A stretch of 58,311 bases of DNA, from assembly GCA_051011595.1 (NCBI GenBank), contig JBPCTQ010000065.1, positions 1 to 58,311 on the forward strand, read 5' to 3'. The translations under genes were made by a program, and so were the position numbers. This DNA comes from Acidimicrobiales bacterium (GTDB taxonomy: Bacteria; Actinomycetota; Acidimicrobiia; Acidimicrobiales; SHLQ01). Below are positions 19,315 through 27,984 of this stretch, in pieces. Under the pieces are notes generated by a model. It saw nothing but the letters and a program-made list of their open reading frames with translations, did no database searches and was not told the DNA's origin. The stretch's first letter is position 1; the number at the start of each line of letters is the position of its first letter.

Positions 19315-20076
19315 ATGTCCGACACCCCGATGAGCCGCCCCGGAGAGGTCGCCGGCTGGCCCAAACTGGTGGTCAAGTACCGCACCGACGAAGCCAACAT
19401 CGCCCCGCTGCTCCCGCCGGGGCTCACTCCCCTCGACGCCACCGTCACCATCGGCATCTACTGCGTCCCCATTCTGGGAGAACCCGAGTACGGCGTCAGC
19501 GTGAAGGTCCCGGCCGCCTGGAACGGCGTGGAGGGCCAGTACAACCTCGGCATGGGCATCGACCAGGAAGCTGCGGTGTTCATCAGCGGCGAGCTCAACG
19601 GCCAGCCCAAGTTCCTGTGCGACATCGACTTCTTCCGACTGGGCGACCACGTGGGTGCCCGCACGATCCACCAGGGGTACACCTTCATCGAATTCGCGGG
19701 CGAGGTCACCGGCACGACCGCCCCCGAGTCGGGCGACATCGTCGAACACGAATGGTGGACCAAGTACTCCCGGGCCATCGGCGGGGCCGAGAAGCAGTAC
19801 GACTTCCCACCCCACGTCGTCGACGTCGCCACCACGTTCGAGCAGATGCACATCGAGACCATCGACGGCGACCTGAAGCTGCTCGACAGCCCGTGGGACC
19901 CGGTCGCCCGCTACCTCCCGATGGACGAGATGGTCTCGGCTCGGCTGGTCACCCACCAGGCCAAGGCCCGCGACATCACCAACGCCGGCCCGCTCGATCC
20001 CGACGCCTTCTGGCCCCATGCCGATGTCATCGGCGGCAGCCGTTGGCCCGGCGACCGGGGCGGCCCGCGCCGCTGA
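19315..20076 (+). CDS. acetoacetate decarboxylase (ADC)-family protein
   Basis: ORF track 19162..20076, trimmed to ATG 19315 behind GAGGAG. YRTDEANIAPLLPPGL...IGIYCVP...EYGVSV pattern is typical of the ADC beta-cone family. Confidence 0.7.
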   Translation: MSDTPMSRPGEVAGWPKLVVKYRTDEANIAPLLPPGLTPLDATVTIGIYCVPILGEPEYGVSVKVPAAWNGVEGQYNLGMGIDQEAAVFISGELNGQPKFLCDIDFFRLGDHVGARTIHQGYTFIEFAGEVTGTTAPESGDIVEHEWWTKYSRAIGGAEKQYDFPPHVVDVATTFEQMHIETIDGDLKLLDSPWDPVARYLPMDEMVSARLVTHQAKARDITNAGPLDPDAFWPHADVIGGSRWPGDRGGPRR

Positions 20077-20080
20077 TTCG

Positions 20081-20473
20081 ATGACGAACGCCGACGGCAC
20101 CTTCCCACTGCAGGACTTCATCGGCTTCACCATCGAACACGACCAGGGTCAGGCCACCGCGTCTGTCGAACTCGACGAGCGGCACATGAACCCCAATGAA
20201 GTGACCCACGGTGCCATCCCCTTCACCCTCATGGACACGGCCATGGGCGCCGCGGTCATGTCGGTGATCGGCGAGCAGCAGTACTGCGCAACGATCGAGA
20301 TGCACACCCGGTTCCACCGGGGCAGCCAGTCGGGACGGCTGACGGCCACGGCCGAGGTGGTGACCACCGGCCGGAAGGTGATCCATCTCTCGGCCACCAC
20401 GACCGATGCCGACGGCCGGGTGGTCGCCACCGCCACCAGTAGTTACGCGGTGATCGACGGCCCCGCCGGCTGA
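20081..20473 (+). CDS. PaaI/hotdog-fold thioesterase
   Basis: ORF track 20018..20473, trimmed to ATG 20081. NPNEVTHGAIPFTLMDTAMGAAV and TAEVVTTGRKVIHLSATTTDADGRVVATAT are classic PaaI-family blocks. Confidence 0.8.
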   Translation: MTNADGTFPLQDFIGFTIEHDQGQATASVELDERHMNPNEVTHGAIPFTLMDTAMGAAVMSVIGEQQYCATIEMHTRFHRGSQSGRLTATAEVVTTGRKVIHLSATTTDADGRVVATATSSYAVIDGPAG

Positions 20474-20566
20474 TACCTGCGAGCGGCGATCGGATCCATC
20501 ACCTCCTCGGGTGCTCGCAGTGGATCGTGTCGGGTTCCGCCTCCCGCCCCATGCCATGCTGGGCCG

Positions 20567-21376
20567 ATGGATGCCCCCCACAGCTGGCAAGTGTCGGGCT
20601 CGGCGGCGCAGCAGTACGAGCAGTTCGTGGCCTCCTTCTTCGCCCCGTGGGCAGCAGACCTGGTCGGCCGGGTCGGGCTGGGGCCCGGTCAGCACCTGCT
20701 CGACGTGGCCTGTGGCACCGGCATCGTGACTCGGGCTGCGGGCCCGGTCATCGGCGCAGCCGGCTCGATAGTTGCCACCGACCTCAACGAGGGCATGCTC
20801 ACCGAGGCTCGGCGTCATGTCGTCGAGGCCGCGCCGGTCGAGTGGCGCCAGGCCGACGCCACCGACCTGCCCTTCGACGATCGAAGCTTCGACGCGGTGT
20901 TGTGCCAGCAAGGCCTGCAGTTCGTTCCCGATCGGGGCCGCGCGGTGGCCGAGATGCGGCGGGTCCTACGACCGGGCGGCGTGGCCGGAGTGAGCGTGTG
21001 GCGTGCACCCGAGCACAATCCGTACCTCTCGGCCCTGGCCGACGGTCTGCACCGTCACCTCTCGGCCGAAGCCGGCGCGGCCATGCTGGCACCGTGTGCG
21101 TTCGGGGATGGTGCCGCGCTGGCCGAACTGTTCAGCGCCGCCGGATTCGCCGACGTGGAAATCGATGTGGTCACGCTCGACCGTGAACCGGTCGGTGTGC
21201 TGGGCGCAGTCCGAGGGAACCTGGCCTCGTTGCCGATGGCCGCCGACGTCGAAGCCATGGCCGAGGAGGCCCGCGACGCGATGCTCGACGACATCGTCGA
21301 CTCCCTGGCCGACTACATCACCGATGATCGACTGTCGGTGCCCAACAGCGCCCACGTCGCCGTGGCCCGCGCCTGA
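20567..21376 (+). CDS. class I SAM-dependent methyltransferase
   Basis: ORF track 269 aa. LLDVACGTGIVT motif I, IVATDLNEGML, FDAVLCQQGLQF. Confidence 0.85.
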   Translation: MDAPHSWQVSGSAAQQYEQFVASFFAPWAADLVGRVGLGPGQHLLDVACGTGIVTRAAGPVIGAAGSIVATDLNEGMLTEARRHVVEAAPVEWRQADATDLPFDDRSFDAVLCQQGLQFVPDRGRAVAEMRRVLRPGGVAGVSVWRAPEHNPYLSALADGLHRHLSAEAGAAMLAPCAFGDGAALAELFSAAGFADVEIDVVTLDREPVGVLGAVRGNLASLPMAADVEAMAEEARDAMLDDIVDSLADYITDDRLSVPNSAHVAVARA

Positions 21377-21377
21377 T

Positions 21378-21602
21378 CTACGCGCAGTTGCCTCGTAGCT
21401 CGTAGCTCTCGGCTTCGGCCTCATCGTCGCTGGCCGCGACCTGACCGCTGGCGGTGATCTCGCCGGTATCACCGACCATGACCTCGTCGACTGTGCCCTC
21501 GGCTTCGGTGGGTCCGGACAGGGTGATCGTTCCGTTGCCGTCGGTGGCCTCCAGCGCGAGCACGATGGGGTCTTCGTCGTCTTCGGTCTGCGCATCGAGC
21601 AT
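21378..21602 (-). CDS. small acidic hypothetical protein (74 aa)
   Basis: ORF track. Strong GC3 bias in this frame. No recognisable family and a weak RBS. The upstream in-frame sequence is Arg-rich junk, so ATG 21602 is the plausible start. Confidence 0.3.
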   Translation of the reverse strand: MLDAQTEDDEDPIVLALEATDGNGTITLSGPTEAEGTVDEVMVGDTGEITASGQVAASDDEAEAESYELRGNCA

Positions 21603-21643
21603 GAGGTCCCGATCGTGCCGGCCGGCGACCGAGGCGTGACCGC

Positions 21644-21853
21644 TCAGGCCGGTTTGCGGGGCGGGATGTCGCGCCCGGTGCCGCGCGGCCCGGATCGCCC
21701 TGGATTGGTGTGGCCCGGCGCGTCGGCATGGCCGCTGGGCGCCGGGTTCTCGTTGGGTTCCTTGCCCGATCGGCGGTCGGCCGGCCGAGCCGGTGCCGAC
21801 TCGGGCCGGGTGCCCTTCGGTGTGGTTCGACCACCCTTGGTTCGTCTGGCCAT
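21644..21853 (-). CDS. small basic Pro/Arg/Gly-rich hypothetical protein (69 aa)
   Basis: ORF track. GGGAGG lies 6 nt upstream of the ATG. N-terminus is MARRTKGGRTTPKGT. No family recognised. Confidence 0.45.
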   Translation of the reverse strand: MARRTKGGRTTPKGTRPESAPARPADRRSGKEPNENPAPSGHADAPGHTNPGRSGPRGTGRDIPPRKPA

Positions 21854-21922
21854 GGTGCGCCTCCCGACAGTTGTCGACCCGATGGTAGTTCGCCAGTCAC
21901 CCTCGCCACCGACGATTGCGAG

Positions 21923-22741
21923 TCAGCGCGTCTGACCCTCGACACCCACGCGGTCGAGTACCTGGCCGTCGTCGTTGTGGCTGTGGGTGAAGCCGAGCTC
22001 GCGTTCGATGGCCACCGTGTCGGCGGACCGCAGCGCCAGGATGTAGGCCCGGCGAAAGCCGGCGGTGTGGTTCCCTCCCGAGCCGTGCATCACCCGCTCG
22101 TTGTGTACCGTGACGTCGCCCCGACTGATGGGGACCGGGACGGGTTCGTCGGTTGGCAACAAGTCGGTGCCGAGGGCGTGCGACTCGCCCCGGTCGCCGA
22201 ACTGCGGTTGATGCGGTCGTAACGCGGTCTCGTGATTGGTGCTGGGCACGAAGCGCATGCAGCCGTTCTCGACAGTGGAGTCGTCGATGGCCAACCAGAA
22301 CGTGGCGGTGCGGGTATCGGGGGTGTCGGGCCAGTACGCCATGTCCTGGTGCCAGGCGAACACTGCGTCTTCTTTGTACGGCTGCTTGGCCAACAGCTGG
22401 TCGTAGTCGATGGTCATGCCGTCGCCGCAGAGCTGCTGGGCGGCCGACGCTGCTCGCCGCTCGTACACGTTGCCCTGCCACGCCGCGTGATAACGCCGGG
22501 GCAACATGACGTTCACGATCGAGTAGTCCTCGGGATTTCGGCCGTAGTCGCCGGCCATGTCACAGAAATCCTTGCCCGGGACCTCGATCTCGCGACGCAG
22601 GAAGCGGTCGTACACCACCGACAGTTCGTCGACTTCGGCTTCGGTCAACAAGCCGCGCAGATGTACGTACCCGTGTTCGGCGAAGAACGCACGCTCGTCG
22701 TCGCTCACCGCGTAGTGGTCTCCGTCGATTCGACTACCCAT
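21923..22741 (-). CDS. phytanoyl-CoA dioxygenase (PhyH) family Fe(II)/2-oxoglutarate dioxygenase
   Basis: ORF track 21923..22930, trimmed to ATG 22741 (MGSRIDGDHY). WHQDMAYW (HxD facial triad), later VHNERVMHGSGGN and RRAY. Confidence 0.85.
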   Translation of the reverse strand: MGSRIDGDHYAVSDDERAFFAEHGYVHLRGLLTEAEVDELSVVYDRFLRREIEVPGKDFCDMAGDYGRNPEDYSIVNVMLPRRYHAAWQGNVYERRAASAAQQLCGDGMTIDYDQLLAKQPYKEDAVFAWHQDMAYWPDTPDTRTATFWLAIDDSTVENGCMRFVPSTNHETALRPHQPQFGDRGESHALGTDLLPTDEPVPVPISRGDVTVHNERVMHGSGGNHTAGFRRAYILALRSADTVAIERELGFTHSHNDDGQVLDRVGVEGQTR

Positions 22742-22837
22742 CAGCTCCCCTATCGGTCGGCTCCATTGTCGCGCACGACCCGCGCCGACCCACCGGCCGT
22801 TGGGGCCGGGTGCGAGCCGCTTGGGTAGGGTGGATCC

Positions 22838-24064
22838 ATGGCCGATGTGACCCCCGCCGAAGACGAACTGCCGTTGATCATCTCCGTCGACGACCACGTG
22901 ATGGAACCCAAGGATCTGTGGCAGCAGCAACTACCTCCCAGCCTGCGAGATCGCGGTCCCCGGGTGGTCCAGGAGATGATTCGCCTCAAGTTCGAAGGTG
23001 GCCACTACGGGTTCGAACGCAACGACCCCGACGGTCAGCTCTGCGACGTGTGGCTGTTCGAGGACAGTGTCACCCCCACCGGCTTCCTCCACGGCCCCGC
23101 CGGGGTACCCCGCGAGGAACAACGCAACGTGGCTGCGGTCTACGAAGATCTCCGGCCCGGCACGTACGACCAGACCGCCCGCCTGGCCGACATGGACCTC
23201 AACCACGTCGAGGCGGCCATCAACTACCCCAACATCTTTCCCCGCTTCTGCGGGCAGGGATTCCTCGAACGCGACGACAAGGATCTCGCCTTCGAGTGCC
23301 TCAAGATCTACAACGACTGGATCATCGACGACTGGGGTGGCGGTGCCGGCAAAGGACGCCTCATCCCGCTCACCCTGGTTCCGCTCTGGGACCCCGAGAT
23401 GGCCGCGGCCGAGGTACGGCGGTGCGCCGCCAAGGGAAGCCACGCCATTGCCTTCTCCGAGAACCCGTCGAAGCTGGGTTGCGCCACCATGTACAGCGGC
23501 GACTGGGATGTGTTGTGGACGGCCTGTGAGGAGACCGACACCACCGTTTCCATGCACATCGGGTCATCGTCGTCGATGCCCACCACATCCGACGATGCGC
23601 CGCTGGCCACATCGATGTCGCTGTACGCCCAGAACGCCGAGGGTTCGATGGTCGACTGGGTGTTCTCCGGCACACTCCAGCGTTTCCCCGACATCAAGAT
23701 CGCCTACGCCGAGAGCCAGGTCGGTTGGATGCCGTTCCAGATGGAACGAATGGACTCGGTGTTCCGCGAGGGTCGGGGCGGAGTGGGCGGCGACGGCCCG
23801 CTCCCCAGCGAGATCGTGCGGGGCCGAGTCTTCGGGTGCATCTTCGACGACCTGGTCGGCCTCAAGCAGCGCGAAGACGTCGGCATCGATCAGATCCTGT
23901 TCGAGACCGACTATCCGCACTCCGACGGCACCTTCCCGCACTCCCGCAAGGTGGCGCACAGCATGTTCGCCGCGGTCGGCATGAACGCCGACGAGTGCAC
24001 TCGGGTGATGCGCACCAACGCCATCCGGGCCTACGGCCTCGAACGTTTCGGCATCACGGCCTGA
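22838..24064 (+). CDS. amidohydrolase-2 family protein (third copy in the window)
   Basis: ORF track 408 aa. IISVDDHVMEP metal motif and FETDYPHSDGT C-terminal motif. Confidence 0.85.
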   Translation: MADVTPAEDELPLIISVDDHVMEPKDLWQQQLPPSLRDRGPRVVQEMIRLKFEGGHYGFERNDPDGQLCDVWLFEDSVTPTGFLHGPAGVPREEQRNVAAVYEDLRPGTYDQTARLADMDLNHVEAAINYPNIFPRFCGQGFLERDDKDLAFECLKIYNDWIIDDWGGGAGKGRLIPLTLVPLWDPEMAAAEVRRCAAKGSHAIAFSENPSKLGCATMYSGDWDVLWTACEETDTTVSMHIGSSSSMPTTSDDAPLATSMSLYAQNAEGSMVDWVFSGTLQRFPDIKIAYAESQVGWMPFQMERMDSVFREGRGGVGGDGPLPSEIVRGRVFGCIFDDLVGLKQREDVGIDQILFETDYPHSDGTFPHSRKVAHSMFAAVGMNADECTRVMRTNAIRAYGLERFGITA

Positions 24065-24083
24065 CGAGCGCTTCGGCGCGGGG

Positions 24084-25148
24084 TCAGGACAGGTTCGACC
24101 GCAGGGCCACCAGCTGATCGGCCGAACCCAGCGCGATGATCACGTCCCCCTCGGCCAGCTCGGTGTCGGGAATCGGGGTGGCGTGGTAGCGGCCGTCGAG
24201 GTTGCGGATGGCGATGATCAGCGGATGGCGCTCGTCGAAGGCCACGTCGGCCAGCGCCCGTCCGGCCGCACTCGACCCCTGCTCGACGTGAAGCTCGTGC
24301 ACGGCCACGTCGTGGGTCTCGTCGTGCAACACCTCGTCGAGGAACTCGGCCACGCTGGGTTGAAGGGCCAACGCCGCCATACGTGAACCCCCGATCTCGA
24401 GCGGATTCACCACTCGATCGGCGCCGGCCTGGAAGAACTTGGGTTCGTTCTTCTGGTCGCTGGTCCGGGCCACGATGAACAGGTCCGATCGCATGCGCCG
24501 GGCACTGAGGGTGAGGAACAGGTTGTCGGCGTCGTGGCTGAGGGCCGCGATAAGGGTGCCGGCCCGGTCGATGCCTGCGCTGTGGAGCACGTCGTCGTCG
24601 GTGGCCTCGCCCACCACCACCGCGTGGTCGGAGGCATCGTCGTGGGGGTCACGGTCGACCACCACGATCTCCTTGCCGGCCCGACCCACCGATTCGGCGA
24701 TGGCATGGCCCATCCGGCCCCAGCCGGCGATGATCACGTGATCTTCGAGTTCTTCGATTCCGCGCAGCATGCGTCGTCTCCGTAGTTCGTCGTTGAGGCT
24801 TCCTTCGATGAGGCTGTCGACCACCAGACCCAGGGTGTACAACACCGCGCCGGCGCCCAAGATGACAAGAACCAGCGTGAACGCCCGGTAGGTGTTGTCG
24901 ATCTCGTCGGCGGGGCCGACCTCCTGGAACCCCACCGTGGTGATGGTGATCACCGTCTGGTAGAGGGCGTCGAAGGTACCCAACCCCAGCAGGCTGTAGC
25001 CGAGCGTGCCCATGGCCACCACCAGCGCCACGATGAGCACACCCAGCCGCACTCGCTGCCATGGGTCTCGCACCGGGGCCCGGCGCCACCGCAGCAAGGA
25101 GCCGCGATACCTGCGAACTCTGTGTCGACGCCGACCCGGTTTGGCCAT
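24084..25148 (-). CDS. two-TM pore-loop cation channel with C-terminal RCK/TrkA-N and TrkA-C domains
   Basis: ORF track 24084..25397, trimmed to ATG 25148 (MAKPGRRRH). Pore helix and filter LYQTVITITTVGFQEVGP. Rossmann HVIIAGWGRMG. The filter is TVGFQE, not the canonical TVGYGD. Confidence 0.85.
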   Translation of the reverse strand: MAKPGRRRHRVRRYRGSLLRWRRAPVRDPWQRVRLGVLIVALVVAMGTLGYSLLGLGTFDALYQTVITITTVGFQEVGPADEIDNTYRAFTLVLVILGAGAVLYTLGLVVDSLIEGSLNDELRRRRMLRGIEELEDHVIIAGWGRMGHAIAESVGRAGKEIVVVDRDPHDDASDHAVVVGEATDDDVLHSAGIDRAGTLIAALSHDADNLFLTLSARRMRSDLFIVARTSDQKNEPKFFQAGADRVVNPLEIGGSRMAALALQPSVAEFLDEVLHDETHDVAVHELHVEQGSSAAGRALADVAFDERHPLIIAIRNLDGRYHATPIPDTELAEGDVIIALGSADQLVALRSNLS

Positions 25149-25209
25149 GCGCCATTGTGGCCCAGCCACGGACGAGATCAGGGACCCCCGGTCGGCTCCG
25201 ACCCGGTGT

Positions 25210-27870
25210 TCAGGGCCCGAACGTGGCCAGCCGTGGGCTACGACTGGAGCCGCCCTGGGCCCGAATCCAGTCGATCGCTTCTTCGAGGGTGGCCAGCGTG
25301 GACTCGGCCAGGTCGTCCATCGTGAGCGACGAGACCTCGTCGACCCGGGCGGCAGCCAACGCATCCAGTGCCGCCACGTGGCAGAACGCGAACGCACCGG
25401 AGTAGGGGCTGGCCATCACCGCCGCCCGCAGCCGCACCGCCTCGTCGCGCTCGTCGAGCAACCACAGCAGTTTGGCGATGGCATCGTGGAGGTACCACTG
25501 ATCCGACGCCTGCCCGATGTCGCGTGTGACCCGGACGGCGTCGGCGGCGGCCTCCAGAACCGCCTCGTCGATGTCGCCCGACATGCAGGCGGCGGCCAAC
25601 CGGGCCAGCACCGCGTGGTGGGCGTGATAGCGGTCGAAGGCCGCTCCCGGATCGACCGCAAAACTCCAGAACTCGTCGGCCGCCGCGGTGACGCCATCCG
25701 GATCGCCATCGGCACAGGCCAACCGGGCTCGGGCCTCGAACCAGAATCCGGCGGCCTGCGGGAAGCTGCGGCCCACGGTCTCGAGCGCCGCCACCGCGTC
25801 GCGCGCCTCCGGTCGCGTGGCATCGACCATGACCCCCAGGTAGTTGACCCCGACATAGGCCTCGGGCTCGGAGGTGTCGATGCCGTCGAGCAACTGGATC
25901 GAGCCGTCGACATCGCCGGTGGTGTACGCCAGCACCGTGGCGTGGGTGCCCGATGGATAGAACCGCTCCGGTCGGTAGGCCGGCATGGCCTCGGCCATCT
26001 CGATGAGACGCCAGGCGCGATCGATCTCGCCACGAAAGAAGGCGGCGTGTGCCCCTTGGCCGGCCACCTGGGGTCCCAACGGATGTTCGTCGGCTCCCGG
26101 AGCGGTGCACGCCAGCTCGCACCAGTCGCTGACCTCGAGCACGAGGTCGAGCAACAGCGAGCTCGACACCGGCCGCACCAGTCGTAAGCCGTTCGCCACC
26201 CGTCCCTGAGCCAGGTGCCAGTGCAGGGCCACCCGTAGATTGTCGACCTCGGCTTTGGGTTCGGGACCGTGGCGCCGAGCCCACTCGGTGTAGTAGTCGG
26301 CGTGGCGGTCCGACACCAGCTCGGCATCGTCTCGTCCGCGCAGCCGGGCCGCGGCGAACTGCCGGATCGGTTCGAGCAACCTGAACCGAGTCGTTGCCCC
26401 GCGCTCACTGACCACCACCAGCGACTTGTGGACCAGTTCGTCGAGCAGATCGAGCACGTCGACGGCATCGATCTCATCGTCGCCGACGACGGACTCGGCC
26501 GCCGAGATGGTGAATCCGCCGGCGAAGACCGAGAGCCGCTCGAAGGCCGCCTGTTCCTCAGGGGCCAGGTCTTCGTACGACCAATCGATGGCCGCGGTGA
26601 TGGTGCGATGGCGGGCCACCCGGTGACGGTCACCGCGAAGCAGGCGAAAGGACTCGCTCAGGCGGCTCCGGATCTCGGTCACACTCATCGACCGGGCCCG
26701 AGCCGCCGCCAGTTCGATGGCGAGCGGGATCCCGTCGAGTTGACGACAGATCTCGCTGATGGTGTCCAGGTCGCTGTCGTCGGGGTCGAAGGTGGACACC
26801 TGATCGGCGGCCCGTTGCACGAACAGCTGCTTGCCGGGCGAGTCGTCACCGTCGGTGGCCAGCGAGCGAACCGTCATGACGTGCTCGCCCGAGACACCTA
26901 TCGACTCGCGACTGGTGGTGATCACCACGGTTGCCGGCGAGGCGGCCAGGATGGTGTCGACCAGGTCGGCCACGGCATCGACCACGTGCTCACAGTTGTC
27001 GAGCACCAACAAGAGATTGCGGCGGCGAAGGTAGGTGCCGACGGCCTCGGCCACCGTGCCTCCCGACGCCGCCGACGTGTTGAGCGTGCGCGCCACCGCG
27101 TGCGCCACCGCGTCGCCCTGGGGCACCCCAGCCAGCTCACACAGCCACACCCCGTCCTCGAACTCGTCGATCAACTCGGCGGCGGCGGCCATGGCCAATC
27201 GGGTCTTGCCCATCCCGCCGGGTCCGCTGAGCGTGACCAGCCGACCGGCCCCGATCTGTTCGACGACATCGTCGATGTCGGCTTCGCGTCCCACCAGCGG
27301 GGTGTGCTCGACGGGCAGGTTGTGTGATCGTCGGTCGAGGGTTCGCAGTGGCGGGAAAGTCCGGGGGTCGATGACCTGCCACACCTGGCGGGCCTGGGAG
27401 AGGTCCTTCAGTCGGTGCTCACCCAACGAGACCGTGGGTGCGCCGGCCAGCAACTCGTTGGTGGTGTTCGACACCAGGATCTGGCCACCGTGACCAGCCG
27501 ACATCAACCGAGCGGCCACATTGAGCGTGTGCCCGAAATAGTCGCGATCCTTCTCCCACGTCTCACCGGTGTGCAGGCCCATCCGCACCGAGATGACCGT
27601 GTGGGCGGGCCAGGGCTCGGCGTCGAGGACCTGTTGGGTCTGGCGGGCGGCTTCCACGGCAATGTCGGGGTCCTGGAACGCGGCCGCGAACGAGTCGCCA
27701 GCCGTGGAGAAGACGTACCCTCCGTTGGCTTCGATGACCGTACGCAGGATGTCGTCGTGACGTTCGAGGGCACCCTGCATCTCGTCGGGGTGCCCTTCCC
27801 ACATGCGGGTCGAGCCCTCGATGTCGGTGAACAGGAATGTCACCATCCCGGTCGGGAGGTTTCCCGCCAT
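25210..27870 (-). CDS. class III adenylate/guanylate cyclase fused to a STAND/AAA ATPase and TPR-like helical repeats
   Basis: ORF track 25210..28518, trimmed to ATG 27870 (MAGNLPTGMVTFLFTDIEGSTRMW...). The upstream part of the ORF is antisense to deoC. Cyclase blocks FSTAGDSFAAAF and GLHTGE. Walker A LSGPGGMGKTRLA. Long helical C-terminus. No LuxR-type HTH is visible. Confidence 0.85.
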   Translation of the reverse strand: MAGNLPTGMVTFLFTDIEGSTRMWEGHPDEMQGALERHDDILRTVIEANGGYVFSTAGDSFAAAFQDPDIAVEAARQTQQVLDAEPWPAHTVISVRMGLHTGETWEKDRDYFGHTLNVAARLMSAGHGGQILVSNTTNELLAGAPTVSLGEHRLKDLSQARQVWQVIDPRTFPPLRTLDRRSHNLPVEHTPLVGREADIDDVVEQIGAGRLVTLSGPGGMGKTRLAMAAAAELIDEFEDGVWLCELAGVPQGDAVAHAVARTLNTSAASGGTVAEAVGTYLRRRNLLLVLDNCEHVVDAVADLVDTILAASPATVVITTSRESIGVSGEHVMTVRSLATDGDDSPGKQLFVQRAADQVSTFDPDDSDLDTISEICRQLDGIPLAIELAAARARSMSVTEIRSRLSESFRLLRGDRHRVARHRTITAAIDWSYEDLAPEEQAAFERLSVFAGGFTISAAESVVGDDEIDAVDVLDLLDELVHKSLVVVSERGATTRFRLLEPIRQFAAARLRGRDDAELVSDRHADYYTEWARRHGPEPKAEVDNLRVALHWHLAQGRVANGLRLVRPVSSSLLLDLVLEVSDWCELACTAPGADEHPLGPQVAGQGAHAAFFRGEIDRAWRLIEMAEAMPAYRPERFYPSGTHATVLAYTTGDVDGSIQLLDGIDTSEPEAYVGVNYLGVMVDATRPEARDAVAALETVGRSFPQAAGFWFEARARLACADGDPDGVTAAADEFWSFAVDPGAAFDRYHAHHAVLARLAAACMSGDIDEAVLEAAADAVRVTRDIGQASDQWYLHDAIAKLLWLLDERDEAVRLRAAVMASPYSGAFAFCHVAALDALAAARVDEVSSLTMDDLAESTLATLEEAIDWIRAQGGSSRSPRLATFGP

Positions 27871-27898
27871 GGGCTTACCGTAGCCGACTGGCTCCGGC

Positions 27899-27915
27899 GG
27901 TGAACACTGTTCACC
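27899..27915. promoter_or_regulatory. 17-bp inverted repeat GGTGAAC-ACT-GTTCACC in a divergent promoter region
   Basis: Perfect 7-3-7 palindrome in the 114-bp gap between the cyclase-STAND gene and deoC. Confidence 0.35.
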
Positions 27916-27984
27916 AACTGCGCCCCGAGCGCGGACAGCAGGGCCGGACAGCAGGGTTGTGGACGGGCCTGCCATGCTGGGCCC

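Noticed and set aside
23005-23020. tRNA T-loop-like GGTTCGAAC strings here, and GGTTCGATGG near 55031.
   Set aside because: They are embedded in well-supported coding frames with no flanking acceptor or anticodon arms. No tRNA could be folded.
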